Positions 25,934-39,425 of a stretch of 64,000 bases of DNA are shown in pieces. Within the stretch, counting starts at the first letter, position 1. Every line of letters begins with the position of its first letter. The position numbers and the translations under genes are program-made. The notes beneath the pieces are model-generated. The model searched no databases. It saw only the letters and a list, made by a program, of their open reading frames with translations, and had not been told where the DNA came from. Origin of the DNA: Eledone cirrhosa (taxonomy: Eukaryota); contig OZ024762.1 of assembly GCA_964016885.1 (NCBI GenBank), forward strand, positions 5,084,001-5,148,000, read 5' to 3'.

Positions 25934-26799
25934 AACTACTACTACTACCGCTACTACTATACTACTACTACTACTACTGCTACTACTACTACCGCTACTA
26001 CTACTACTACTACTACTACTGCTACTACTACTACCGCTACTACTACTACTACTACTATGGATCTGACTGTTGTTCTGTATAGGAAATGGAGCACAAAGCT
26101 GGAATGCTCCTAAGGATGAATATGAACACCCCCTCCCTTTCTGGACACACAAAAACAAGATGGTTTAGGATAGAACAAATCAGTCACTGGGGAGGTCACA
26201 GAATGTGTGACGAAAGAGCTTTGACAATATATAAACAACCATCCAGTTATCGAACCAACAGGTGCATGTGCTCTTATTGGCAACATGACCCTCCCAAAGT
26301 ATAACAATATCTGTTTCAACACACGTTTTCACATAAGAAATCTTGCAAAAACAAATTCAAAAACGAATTATACACACACACACACACGCACACACAGAGG
26401 GGGGGGGGGTGAAAAAGGGGAAAAGAGGGGAAGAGAGAAGAAGAGAGAGAGAGGGGGAAGAGAGAGAGCTTCTTACTTTACATACCTGTTTAATTAAAAG
26501 TGAAATAATTTATTTTCATAAGCCTCCAATTGTGACGATACCTGTCATATGTGAGTTAATTAGTGCCCAGCTTAATTATTAATTAAACCAATTACAATAA
26601 ATAATATTTTATTTCTATAATTGGAGTTTAACTATCATTTTATGTTGTTATTGCTGTTGTTGTTGTTGTTGCTGTTGCTGCTGCTGCTGTTGCTGTTGTT
26701 GTTGCTGTTGTTGTTGGTGGTATTGTTGTTGTTGTTGCTGTTGCTGTTGTTGTTGTTGTTGTTGTTGGTATTGTTGTTGTTGTTGTTGCTGCTGCTGTT

Positions 26800-26830
<31 letters not shown>

Positions 26831-27267
26831 TTGTTGCTGTTGCTATGATGGCAACAATTATGATGATGATGGTAGTGATGATGGTGATGTTGTTGATGAT
26901 AGTGATAATGATGGTAACCATGATGTTGATGATGATGATGGCAATAATAATGAGGATGCTGCTGTGTATATATTGGGCCTAACTCACCACCATCACCAAC
27001 TCCACCACCACTACTACAACCACCACCACCACTACTACCACCACTACTACCACCACCACCACCACTACTGCCACCACTACCATTACCACCACTACTACAA
27101 CCACTACCACCACTACTACCACCACCACCACCACTACTACCACCACCACCACCACTACTGCCACTACCACCACCACCACCATTACCACCACTACTACCAC
27201 CACCACCACTACCACCACCATCACTACTGTCACCACCACCACCACTACTACCACTACCACCACCACC
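25797..27267. repeat. Cluster of (CTA)n, (TTG)n, (GAT)n and (CAC/CTA)n microsatellites
   Basis: Blocks at ~25797-26058, 26643-26960 and 26986-27267. Confidence 0.9.
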
Positions 27268-27546
27268 TTATCTTGAGATGTTGTCTCTGACAACTTAATT
27301 ACATCTAATTATCCTTAATTACATTTAATAACTTAAATACTTATCTTTTATTTACGTCTTTAGATCTTACTTTCTCTTTCTCTCTCCTTCATCTCTCTCC
27401 CTTACTCTCTCTCTCCTTCTCTCTTCCTTTTGTTCTTTTGATCTCTCTCTCTCTGTCTTTTTCCCTCTCTCCCCATACTGTTATTTCAGACCCCCCCCCC
27501 CTCTCATCCACACCACAGATATAACTTTAATGTCAGTGATTCTCAA

Positions 27547-27837
27547 CCAATATTTACCTATGACCTCCTTAGTCCTCAAACACTCCCTCCAGAAGGTCCT
27601 GTCAGAAGCAATCATTTCCAATATTTACCTATGACCTCCTTAGTCCTCAAACACTCCCTCCAGAAGGTCCTGTCAGAAGCAATCATTTCCAATATTTACC
27701 TATGACCTCCTTAGTCATCAAACACTCCTTCCAGAAGGTCCTGTCAGAAGCAATCGTCTCCAATATTTACCTATGGCCTCTTAGTCCTCAATCACTCCCT
27801 CCAGAAGGTCCTGTCAGAAGCAATTGGCTCCAATATT
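27547..27837. repeat. 71-bp tandem repeat (4 copies)
   Basis: Units start at 27547, 27618, 27689 and 27760. Confidence 0.92.
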
Positions 27838-27919
27838 GATTCAACTGAATCCCCAAGCGAGACCAGCTGAGTTTAAAGATTTTATTCCACTTTCAAGCTC
27901 GTGTCAACTCCTGGGTCTC

Positions 27920-28267
27920 CTGAGCTGTGATCTCTGAATTTGGAGAATTAGTTGCTCTACCTGGAACAACTCACTGATCTCTGAGCTATAAATCTGTCCA
28001 GTGATTCTTTCCTTAGACATTCTAACCACATGTTTGTAATATTGGAGCTGCGATCTCTCAATTTGTAGAAGTAGCAGCTCTACCTGAAGTGACTCTCTGA
28101 GCTATAAATCTGTCCAGTGATTCTTTCCTTAGACATTCTAACCACATGTTTGTAATATTGGAGCTGCGATCTCTCAATTTGTAGAAGTAGCAGCTCTACC
28201 TGAAGTGACTCTCTGAGCTATAAATCTGTCTAGTGATTCTCTCCTGAGACATTCTAACCACATGTCC
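27920..28267 (-). repeat. 116-bp tandem repeat (~2.5-3 copies) derived from an RTE fragment
   Basis: CTGAGCTATAAATCTGTC at 27981, 28097 and 28213; homologous to 4836-5260 and 61430-61550. Confidence 0.8.
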
Positions 28268-28387
28268 CTAGTATCTGTCTCATATTTTTATTCCATCACC
28301 ACAGAATGAAGTGAATTAGATAAGTTTCTTTCTCTAACACTTAAGATAGTTTCTTGTATTAAATACGTCTAAAGCAAAGATTTTTTA

Positions 28388-28915
28388 TGGACTCCCTAAA
28401 ATATTACTGTGGGTCCCTAATATACTATTTTGCTTGCATGGTGGACTCCAAAAAATCTTAAATGAGCTCCTAAAATGTTACTATTGATCCCTAATATACT
28501 ATTTTGCTTGCATGGTGGACTCCAATAAATCTTAAATGAGCTCCTAAAATGTTACTATTGATCCCTAATATACTATTTTGCTTGCATGGTGGACTCCAAA
28601 AAATCTTAAATGAGCTCCTAAAATGTTACTATTGATCCCTAATATACTATTTTGCTTGCATGGTGGACTCCAATAAATCTTAAATGAGCTCCTAAAATGT
28701 TACTATTGATCCCTAATATACTATTTTGCTTGCATGGTGGACTCCAAAAAATCTTAAATGAGCTCCTAAAATGTTACTATTGATCCCTAATATACTATTT
28801 TGCTTGCATGGTGGACTCCAAAAAATCTTAAATGAGCTCCTAAAATGTTACTATTGATCCCTAATATACTATTTTGCTTGCATGATGGACTCCAATAAAT
28901 CTTAAATGGACTCCA
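28388..28915. repeat. 74-bp tandem repeat (~7 copies)
   Basis: GTGGACTCC recurs at 28441, 28515, 28589, 28663, 28737 and 28811. Confidence 0.95.
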
Positions 28916-29757
28916 TCCTCAAGAGCTGTATGAATCTTAGTTGAGAACCCTTGATCTAGAGGTTCCCAGTTCACATCCTATCAATATCAACTTTGATCTT
29001 TTATCTTTACCCTTCTGGTTTTTCATTGTCTAAGTACCAAGTTCTATTCTTCATTTCCTTAATGCCTTGTATAGATGTTTCTGTGAAAAACAAAAGGTAC
29101 CAGTAATAATATGGGGTTGGGTAACTCAATCATCCTCCTTTCTTTATAATTTGTGGCCTTATGTCAATAGGGGAAATAATGTTTGTTTTCTTTTGTTGTT
29201 AAGTAGTAAGTGATACGAGAGGTGATCAATATCTTAATTAGAATTAATGACCTGGACTTTAATGTGACATTCCAATAACAACAACAACTACAATAACTAC
29301 AATAAAAACAACAGCAGCTATTCCAATAATAACAACAGCAACAACAACAACAACAGCAGTTACAACAACAATAGTAATAATAACAATAACAACAGCAACA
29401 ACAATAACAGCAGCAACAACAATAACAACAGATACAACAATAACAAAAACAATAATAACAGCAACAGCCTCAACAATAGTCATAGCAACATTAACAACAA
29501 CAACAACAGCAACAACAGTTATAGCAACAGCAATGGCTACAGCAGCAGCAACAATAACAATCACCATAGCAACAAAACCAGTAACAATTACTATAACATT
29601 AGCCATAGACAGCAACACAACATAACATCAGTAACAACAACTGGTAGCCATTGGTAACAAAGTTACACAACAATAATAACAACCACAACTAAGTTTTATT
29701 TTAATATTGATGTTTGTATTAGTTGTTATGTATATATATGTGTGTGTATATATACAT

Positions 29758-29797
<40 letters not shown>

Positions 29798-29799
<2 letters not shown>

Positions 29800-29869
29800 C
29801 CTTGTCTGACGAACGAATGAGGACGTTTCTTGTATTCGTCTGATTAGGGAAACCTCTGGTAATGAGGTA
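29798..29869 (+). ncRNA. Atypical hammerhead-like motif
   Basis: Stem I TGCCTTGT/ATGAGGTA, CTGACGA, long stem II ACGAAT../..ATTCGT, 9 extra nt, GAAACC-TCT-GGTA. Confidence 0.45.
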
Positions 29870-29924
29870 TTTATATTGTATTGTTTATTATACATTATAT
29901 ATATATATATATATGTGTGTGTGA

Positions 29925-30270
29925 GTTTTTTGTTTCTTTTGACAAATCCATTGATCACTTTGCTGTAAAATCTATCAGCACCATGCTCTCCCTTTAACTT
30001 CTTCAAAAGGTCCTTATTCATGGAAATGAAGACCAAATTACTCAATCCCCTTCACTTTGTGAACACCTCATATAATTATTTACTCTTTTTAATCTTCTGG
30101 ACGCTCAAAGCACCTTATGTTACTGATAGAGTAATCTCTCCTTAATACATAATACAGTGTCATGGGAAGCAATTCATAAAAAAATTCAGCATGCTAAAGG
30201 TTAAGGAAGAAAACGATCTCTGATAGGAAGATGTGGCAGGTATGGTCAGAATCATTGATGGCCAAATGTT
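29925..30270 (-). pseudogene. hAT transposase C-terminal dimerisation-domain remnant
   Basis: ILTIPATSS..RSFSSL and LSNLVFISMNKDLLKKL..FYSKVINGFVK motifs. Confidence 0.6.
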
Positions 30271-30857
30271 TTCAGAGCAATTGAAAACTACTACAGTCAC
30301 TTGTAACAAGCAACTGAAGGTAGAGGCACACCATATTGATCTTTCCATTATAGGTAGGTGAACTCTCGCTGATGACACGGTCCCATATCAAATTACGTAA
30401 TGTATACCAACATTAACTAATATTCTGCACATGGGTGTTCCATTCAGAACAGTGCCAGCAGACTGGAACACGTAGAAACTGATGTATCGGTCCGGGTATA
30501 TCATTTATCTTACCCACACGAAGTCGTCTTCCTCACTGATTAACGTATGTGTGCACTCTAACCAGTTGGATTTTAATTTTAATAATATGGACTTAATTGA
30601 TTGTTGAGTGAGTAAATGACCGAAGCTGTGTCCATTCTATTTGACAAGCTTCATCTCTTAATTATATATATATACCCCACTCTCAAGAGCGTGAAACTAA
30701 TAAACCTTTGTTCGTACTGCCTCTCTGTTTTGTTCCCGTTCAATTTTTCACTATATATATATATAGTAATAATAATAAATTTGAAGACTAAAATCCAAAG
30801 AGGGCTTGATAAGGAAGATATATATCAAATATATAAGAACCCTAGAGCAAATATATA

Positions 30858-31640
30858 TAAACCTTTCTGTACCTATCATCGTTGTGATATATGTATGACC
30901 AGTGCCTTTGGTCAGTTTTCTTGGTGTTACACTTTATAACTGTTGTGTTTACTCTGGACCTAATGTTTTTAACTTCGCTCCATTGAGTGCTTTGTGATTA
31001 TCTCAAACAAATCAAATGGTATTTGCTGTACGACAGCTAAACTTCAGTTTATACCTAATGTAATTTATTCTCCTAGATTCATGTATATGATCAATTACAG
31101 TTTAGTTATCTTTTGTTTACAAACATTAGTGGAGAGCTTTTGTTTTGAGGCTGTGAGAATTCCTTTCTTCTCACACCTGAAAATAACCGCAAACATTTCA
31201 GCTAGTGTGATCGCTTTTGAAAAAGGTCATGTGACAACAGAGATAGAATTACCACTGTAAGTAGTATTGACTCTGTCAAACAAAACCTGCAAAAGATGGG
31301 TGCTCCAGTCTGATCATGGCAGTGCACATGTGTATTGCATTATACAACTTGTTGTGTAACTTCCGGGGGTCCTAGAAACCTATAAGATTTTTATTGATTA
31401 TATGGATTTTAATCAATCAGAGATGGTCCAGGTTAGTTTAAACCTTTCTGTATCTATCATAGTTATGTTATATGTATAGCAAGTGCCTTTGCTCAGTTTT
31501 CTTGGTGTCACCCTTTATAACTATTGTGTTTACTCTGGACCTAATGTTTTCACCTTTCGTTCCATTGAGTGCTTTGTGATTGCCTCAAACAAATCGAATG
31601 GTACTTGCTGTACGACAGCTAAAACTTTGGTTTATACCTA
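30858..31640. repeat. Diverged ~200-bp direct duplication (30858-31058 and 31440-31640)
   Basis: AAACCTTTCTGTA..CAGTTTTCTTGGTGT..GCTGTACGACAGCTAAA present in both. Confidence 0.8.
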
Positions 31641-33036
31641 TTATATATATATATATGTGTCTGTACATATATAGTGTATGTATATAAAGTGCATATATGA
31701 ATTGCAATGACGCTGGTGCCAAGCTGTATTGCTCTTTTCCTTTCTCTTGGACATCAGCACTTGAACTAACACCACTACTACCATCATCATCACCACCACT
31801 ACAACGAACACTACTACTACCATCACCACCACAATGAACACCACTGCTTCTACCACCACTACCTTCACAACCACTATCACTAACACCATCACCACCACCA
31901 ACACCACTACCAACACCACTTCCACCACCACCATACTTATGTGTATTGAAATAAGTAAATAATCAAATTAGGCAAGGGGATTAAAGAATGATTGGTGGTA
32001 TGTGTGGGGTGGGGGTGGAGTGGAAATGGAGTGTAGGGGTGTGTGGGGTTGAAGTGGAGTGTGAGAGGGGTGGCAGTGGAGTGTGAGAGGGGTGCATGTG
32101 TGGTTTGGAATGTGAGTGAGGTGGGGTTGAAGTGAGTGTGAGTGGGGCATGGAGTGTGGTGGCTGTGGAGTGTGAGTGTTGTGTGGAGTTTAGTGGGGTT
32201 GGGAAGGGATTAGAAAAAGGCAGAGGTTGGGGACAGGGTATAAGGTAGAAATATGCTTAAAAATGTTAAATATTTCTTAAATGGTTTGTGACTACTACAA
32301 CTACTACTACTACTACCACCACTACTACAACTACCACCACTACTATTACAATTGCCACCGCCACTATTACCACTACTACTACCATCACCACCACTACTAC
32401 TACTACTACTACCAATGCCACTACTACCACCACCACCACCACTACTACTACTACTGCCACCACCACTACTACTACTACTACCACCACCACCACCACTACT
32501 ACTACTGCCACCACCACTACCATTACAACTACTATATATCTATTAAATATATTAATATTGGATAAAATTCAACTGAAGATGTTAAAAGCCTGAAATAGAG
32601 AAGGTATTCTCTGGCTGACTCTTGTGTACCTGGTGGCCTGGATCTCTGGAATGGTACCTATGTAATGGCAGTTGGGAGTGATAATACTAATTTTCAAAGG
32701 GAGACAAGAGATATTGCACTTGTTATAGAGGGATCTCCTTGTTTAGCCTCCCCCAGTAAAGTCTATGCTAAGTGCTTAGCAAAGAGATGCAGGGAGATTG
32801 TCAAGTCCAAGTTAGCTGATGAACAATGTGGTTTTTGCCCCAGATGTAGCACAGTTGACCAAATATTCACACTGTGGCAGGTCTTTGAGAAATTGTGGGA
32901 ATATTGTTAAGAGATATATTCTTGTATTGTAGACCTTGAAGAGGCATATGACCGCGTTCCTCGGGACCTGCTGTAGAAGGTTCTGCAGGAGTATGGAATC
33001 AATGGACAGCTTCTTGCTGCCTTGATATCTCTATAC

Positions 33037-33222
33037 TAGGGTTTCACAAATTTTTTCAAGTGTGGAACCCTTTTTGGTTCAGAAACTTTTGGGGGAACCC
33101 CAAAATCTAACACTGTTATATGCTTGTAATATAAATATACTCCTCTACCTTTTTTTCATGGAACCCCAGACACTTGTTTGAGGAACCCTTGGATTCGGTG
33201 GAACCCACTTCGGGAGCCTCTG
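33037..33222. mobile_element. hAT MITE
   Basis: 8-bp TSD CTCTATAC at 33029-33036 and 33223-33230; internal GGAACCC repeats. Confidence 0.85.
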
Positions 33223-33437
33223 CTCTATACGAATACCCAAGTATTTGTGTTCAGATAAACAGTGCAAAATCGAAACCATTCAATGTGGGAATTGGACTAC
33301 ACCAAGGGTGTGTACTGTCACCTCTCCTTTTCATAATCTTCATGAAGTGGATTGACAAGCATAGCCTGGTTGGAAGTGGTATCACTTGGGTGTAGGATCA
33401 GTTGACTGTAATTTACAGACAACATGGTGTTACTTAA

Positions 33438-33625
33438 CCCTTTGGCATTAAAACCGGCCACATCTGGCCACAATTCTCTCACCTCTATCTGCTTGAACCG
33501 GCCATTCATACTGAAGTTAAGGTATTGTTCTCAAAATAAATCATATCAAAATCTCATAGATTCGATATTATGTGAGATAATTTTGTGAGGCAAAGCCTTT
33601 ACCATGAAAATACAATAGTAAAGGG
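33438..33625. mobile_element. piggyBac-type MITE family A
   Basis: TTAA|CCCTTT ... AAAGGG|TTAA. Confidence 0.85.
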
Positions 33626-33767
33626 TTAACTCATCAGGTGATCTCCAATGCTGAGTGCTTCTTGGCTGGAATGAAAATCTGTGCTATAAAGACTGAGACA
33701 CTTATCCTCTCAAAGAAGCCTGCACAGTGCACTCTTCATATTTATAGTTATCTATACACATAAATGT

Positions 33768-33890
33768 GGAGGTGGCCTATTGGTGAGGGTGTTGGACTGA
33801 CGATCATAATGTCGTGGGTTCGATTCCTGGGTTGTGTGTTGAGCAAAACTCTTCATTTCATATTGCTCCAGTATACTCAGCTGAAAATGA
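33768..33890 (+). mobile_element. tRNA-headed SINE 5' part (family 3)
   Basis: TGGCCTATTGG A box, GGTTCGATTCC B box; same family as 59190-59440. Confidence 0.7.
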
Positions 33891-34096
33891 CCTTACAATT
33901 GTAACACCAAAGCTCTAACCACTAAGCCATACACTTGCAAATATACAAAAGTCAACATTTATTTGTTTATTTATTTATTTAATCTTTTTTAAACATGTTT
34001 CAAAAAAGAAAAATTTTCAGAAAAAAAATAAAAAAAAAATGAAAAAAATAAAACAACCCATTGAAATGGTCAAGTTATTTTCTTTTAAAGAATCTT

Positions 34097-34130
<34 letters not shown>

Positions 34131-34211
34131 CATTAAATTGAACCAATTAATACCTTAGGAGTTGTTTACCTGCTGCAAAAATGAAAGACTGGTATTGAAG
34201 ATAGTGTAGAT

Positions 34212-34569
34212 CAGAGGTTCCCAAACTATTGCCCCCTCCATCCCTCATGGCCACCTAATACGCTCATCACCCCCACCCCACCCCTATTTCCAGAGAGACC
34301 TGCCTACATGCAAATTGTAAATAATATATAATAAATAAAATTGTTGATTTATATATAATAAATAATATAATATATACTATGTATAAATAAATATTATATA
34401 TATTTTATTTTACTATATTTATATATACTATGTATCATTTGATATTTAATACACTATTATATCATCTCTACCATCCCATCGCCCCCCTTAGACCCCAGTG
34501 CCTCCTGGACCTTCTCAACGCCCCACCCCCCACCCCGAGGGGCAGTAGCACCCATTTTGAGAACCTCTG
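34212..34569. mobile_element. hAT MITE
   Basis: TIR CAGAGGTTCCCAAA/TTTGAGAACCTCTG; TSD GTGTAGAT at 34204-34211 and 34570-34577. Confidence 0.9.
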
Positions 34570-34874
34570 GTGTAGATGGAAATGCACCGGAGTATTTACT
34601 GATCTGTCAAGTCACAACAAGGACTCCAGACAGATAATACTTTCTTTAAAATGTGTGCAGTGCCTCACAAAGCTGTTATATTTTTCCTTTCTTTGTATGT
34701 CACCAATCTTGGAGTTTCAATGGGATTGACCCTAATGCCCCCACCCCTACATCACAACTGGGTATCACTGTCACATTGCCCTCTCTTATTCCAAATAGTC
34801 TTGCCATCTCCACTTTCAATTCAGAGTACTTGGTGATTTTTTTCAATCTCTTTACTTGCAATATTCATGTCATT

Positions 34875-35228
34875 TGGTATTGCTATGTCTGTGATATGAC
34901 AGTACTTGGTATAGCTGTGTCTATGATATGACAGTACTTGGTATAGCTATGTCTATGATATGACAGTACTTGGTATGGCTATGTCTATGATAGGACAGTA
35001 CTTGGTATGGCTATGTCTATGATATGACAGTATTTGGTATGGCTATGTCTATGATATGACAGTACTTGGTATAGCTGTGTCTGTGATATGACAGTACTTG
35101 GTATAGCTATGTCTATGATATGACAGTACTTGGTATAGCTATGTCTATGATATGACAGTACTTGGTATAGCTGTGTCTATGATATGACAGTATTTGGTAT
35201 GGCTATGTCTATGATATGACGGTATTTG
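34875..35228. repeat. 32-bp minisatellite (~11 copies)
   Basis: Unit TATGACAGTACTTGGTATAGCTATGTCTATGA. Confidence 0.95.
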
Positions 35229-35314
35229 TCTTACTTTTTTTCAATATGACAATGTCAGGTTGAACTTGCTCAATCACTCTATCAGTCTGTAAATCTGAAA
35301 ATTATTATTATCTT

Positions 35315-35490
35315 ATCAGTAGAGCGTCAGACTCCATGTTTTGCAGCATCGAGTTATGGCCCTTTACGTTCTGAGTTCAAATCCCGCCGTGTGTTAACTT
35401 TGTCTTTCATCCTTACAGGGCCGATAAAATAAAGTAACAGTAATACACTGCGTAATTGCTGGCCTTGTGCCAAAAGTAGAAACAATTATC
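35315..35490 (+). mobile_element. SINE family 1
   Basis: Matches 104-290. Confidence 0.8.
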
Positions 35491-35695
35491 ATACTGGTTT
35501 CAGACTGTGGCCAAGCTGGGGCACTGCCTGGAAAGCTTTTTTAGTTGATCAGTACTTACTATTTTGTTTCATGTCTGGTACTCATTTTATCAACCTTTTT
35601 TTGCAGGCACTCTCACAAGCATATATATGTGTGTGTGTGTGTGTGTGTAATTATATATATGTACACATATGTATATATATATATATACATGTATA

Positions 35696-35740
<45 letters not shown>

Positions 35741-36475
35741 ATACATATATATATCCAAAAACATATATATATATATATATATACATGTATATACATATAT
35801 ATATTCAAAAACACATATATATATATACATGTATATACATGTATATCCAAAAACATATATATATATCAATGACTTTGTCTAGTTTATATGTATATACACT
35901 TTAAATTTTATATCCTCCCGTAAGGTTGAGTAAAACTTTGGCCAGTATTTGGCTGCGCTTTCTAGCAACCAGCCTACTCACCGACAGGCACCAATCACAA
36001 ACTTTCTGCCTTGACCACTGGCCACGTGATGATTCTTAGCCATTTTGAATTCGTTTCTGGCGGGGATCATGTAAGAAAAATCTTTGTCTAATTAAGTTAT
36101 CTCCTGATGATTTCCAAACCTCGTTGATTTATCGAAGATCGGATATATCCAAAAATGGAATGAAACCGCCGGGGGGTAGAGATGTTTTGATGATTTTGGT
36201 AAGGTTTATGTACATTTTTTCTTCTAACTTTGATTTTGTACCTAATTATGTATGGTTAACTAAATGTCTAGTCAATTTCTACAGGCTATCAGAAATACTA
36301 GGTAAATATTTGGTAGCTATAAGTCGCGGATAAGAAGCTATATCATTTATCTATTGTTTCTTCATAAGTATATTTTAAACTTATAGCCTCGTTTAAATGA
36401 TTTTTTGTGTGGTTAATTTATGCTGATTGGGAGAAGAAATATTGTATATATTTTATCTAATGATTCTATGGACTT

Positions 36476-36555
<80 letters not shown>

Positions 36556-36732
36556 TGTGTGTGTATATATCATCATCACTGTTTTACATCCATTTTTTCA
36601 TGCTAGCATGGGTTAGACAAGTTGTCCTGTTGTGGGCAATGCTAGGTCAGGTGATCATGTCTTGCTCTATGCATATGTGTATATATATACAGAAGCATAT
36701 CAGCATGTGTGTGCATGTACATATATACATAC

Positions 36733-36763
<31 letters not shown>

Positions 36764-36767
36764 CACA

Positions 36768-36821
<54 letters not shown>

Positions 36822-37062
36822 AATGGGTATATACATGTTTGTGTGTATATATATATATATATAAAACAAAGAGGGTGTGGTAAGTTACCAGGTGGACCAT
36901 GATGCACCAGAGTACTCAATACTTGGGGTAATAGGAAAAGAGTCAGGTTCTAGTTGTCAAAATGGCCAGAGCTCAGCTGTCGGGGTCCTGACTCTTTTCC
37001 TATATATATATATATATATACATACATACATACATAGGAATGGTTATATATATGTTTGTATA

Positions 37063-37129
<67 letters not shown>

Positions 37130-37491
37130 TTGTATATATATATATTAAGAAAAGGAAGAGAGACGATATTCCATGTTCAGCATCATTTTATTCCACTACA
37201 TCAATGGAAGGCATATCAAAAACAAAAACAAATTTTATTTATATTTACATTTGAACTTTCTGTCTGAGGAAAAAATATTAAATAATTGTTGAATAACAAC
37301 CTTTTGATACCTTTGAAATGTGCATAATGGGATGATGTAATGGAACAGAGTGATATTGAATATGTGATGCTGTCTCTCTTCTTTTTCTTAATATGGATAC
37401 TCTGTCTGATACCATACACCTTGAGGCATTCAAGATGTTGAGTGCTTTGACTGGTTACACCATTATTAGTGGATTGATATCTGAACCAATA

Positions 37492-37546
<55 letters not shown>

Positions 37547-37679
37547 GTCTGTTGTTGAGAGCTGAGAGAAAGAAGTACTCAATACCAAAGTAGAGTTTTA
37601 ATATTCATTTATATTATGGCTAAAAATTGAGTCTTGTTTTGTCTGTGAGTAACAAGACTTACTTTTTAGCTTTAATACG

Positions 37680-37717
<38 letters not shown>

Positions 37718-38104
37718 TATATATTATATATGTATGTATGTTGATATATATATATATATACATTATATATTTATATATGTATGTTGATATATATATACAC
37801 ATATATATGTATATATATATATTGGTCTACCCGAAGCTAGAGTTGAAGACACTTGTCCAAGGTGTCACACAGTGGGATTGAACCAGAGACCGTGTGGTTG
37901 AAAAGTCAACACTCTAACCACACAGCCATATCTGTGCCCATTGTTAATTGTTGTTTTTTAAGTGTTTTTTAAATTGATATTTCTGTTCCTGTAAACTGGT
38001 TATAGGAATATAGACAAACCCCTGGGGCAGGGGGTGAGTGTTGATAAGGTTTCTGTTCAGGAGAAGGAGAGAGAAAGATCACACATGCACATTCTTTCTA
38101 TTTA

Positions 38105-38696
38105 ACCCTTTCATTACCATATTTCTAATGAAAGACACTGCCTATGTTTAACCCTTTCATTACCATATTTCTAATGAAAGACACTGCCTATGTTTAACCC
38201 TTTCATTACCATATTTCTAATGAAAGACACTGCCTATGTTTAACCCTTTCATTACCATATTTCTAATGAAAGACACTGCCTATGTTTAACCCTTTCATTA
38301 CCATATTTCCAATGAAAGACACTGCCTATGTTTAACCCTTTCATTACCATATTTCTAATGAAAGACACTGCCTATGTCATTAACCCTTTCATTACCATAT
38401 TTCTAATGAAAGACACTGCCTATGTCATTAACCCTTTCATTACCATATTTCTAATGAAAGACACTGTCTATGATTTTCAAATAATTTAGAAAATAATCAA
38501 TATTTTACAGGGATTTAGTAATATAACAAACATTTTCATTGGTAAGTTGGTATTTGGAACATAACTTAACAAAGGTTCTTACAGAAAACATTGATGGAAG
38601 ATTTTTAGATAAACATAATCCACTTTAAAGAAAAACAAACAGCTTTTTTTATTGTAAACCTGAAATAGTTTCAGACAGGTTGGCTTTCAAAAGGTT
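38105..38696. mobile_element. piggyBac-type MITE family B with its left end tandemly amplified (46-48 bp, ~8 copies)
   Basis: TTAACCCTTTCATTACCATATTTCTAATGAAAGACACTGCC repeated over 38102-38470; second copy at ~39633-39937. Confidence 0.7.
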
Positions 38697-38964
38697 TAAT
38701 ATAGTTTAATATAAATTGTGTGATTTAATTACACAACTTTTTATTCCGTGTGATATGGTTTTTCCTGTTTTTTTTTCTTCCTCTTTTACTTGTTTTGTTT
38801 TCTTTTTAAATATATTAAATATAATGAATTCCTCATTTTTTCAACTCTCAGAAAATAAATTGATAACATCAGATAAAATAAAATGATAACATCAGGTGGG
38901 GTCTTTTCTTTGATTTTCTCCATTGTTTTTATATAATCCTTTACTTTTAATTTTGTCTCCGACG

Positions 38965-39425
38965 TAAAATTTTGTATCAAATATTTGGTTGATATCATAG
39001 CTTTTATAGTCAACTGCATCCTTTGTGTCAAATATTTGGGAAGTATCGTAGCTTTTATAGCCAACTGCATCCTTTGTGTCAAATATTTGGGAAGTATCGT
39101 AGCTTTTATAGTCAACTGCGTCCTTTGTGTCAAACATTTGGGTGGAATTGTAGCTTTTTTGGTCAATTACATTCCCTGTATCAAACTTTTGAGAGGTATT
39201 GTTGCTTTTGTGAGGTATTGTAGCTCTTTTAATCAACTGCATCCTTCTGTCAAACATTTGGTTGGTATCATTTTAACCAACTGCGTTCTTTCTTTGTATC
39301 AAACATTTGGTTGGTATCATAGCTTTTGGGAGGTAACGTAGCTTCTTTAGCCGACTGCATTCTTTGTATCAAACATCATTTGGTTTTGCTATTGAAGCTT
39401 TTTTAACCAACTACATCCTTTGTTC
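38965..39425. repeat. Diverged 51-bp tandem repeat
   Basis: CTTTTATAG at 39001, 39052 and 39103; minus-strand frame reads (KSYDTSQIFDTKDAVDY)n. Confidence 0.85.

Larger units (their letters stand above)
32565..33735 (+). pseudogene. RTE-clade LINE RT remnant with two nested MITEs
   Basis: EQCGF..STVDQIFTL, DLEEAYDRVPR, GLHQGCVLSPLLF. Confidence 0.85.

Noticed and set aside
36103-36170. CTGATGA followed distantly by GAAAC
   Set aside because: No convincing stems I, II or III
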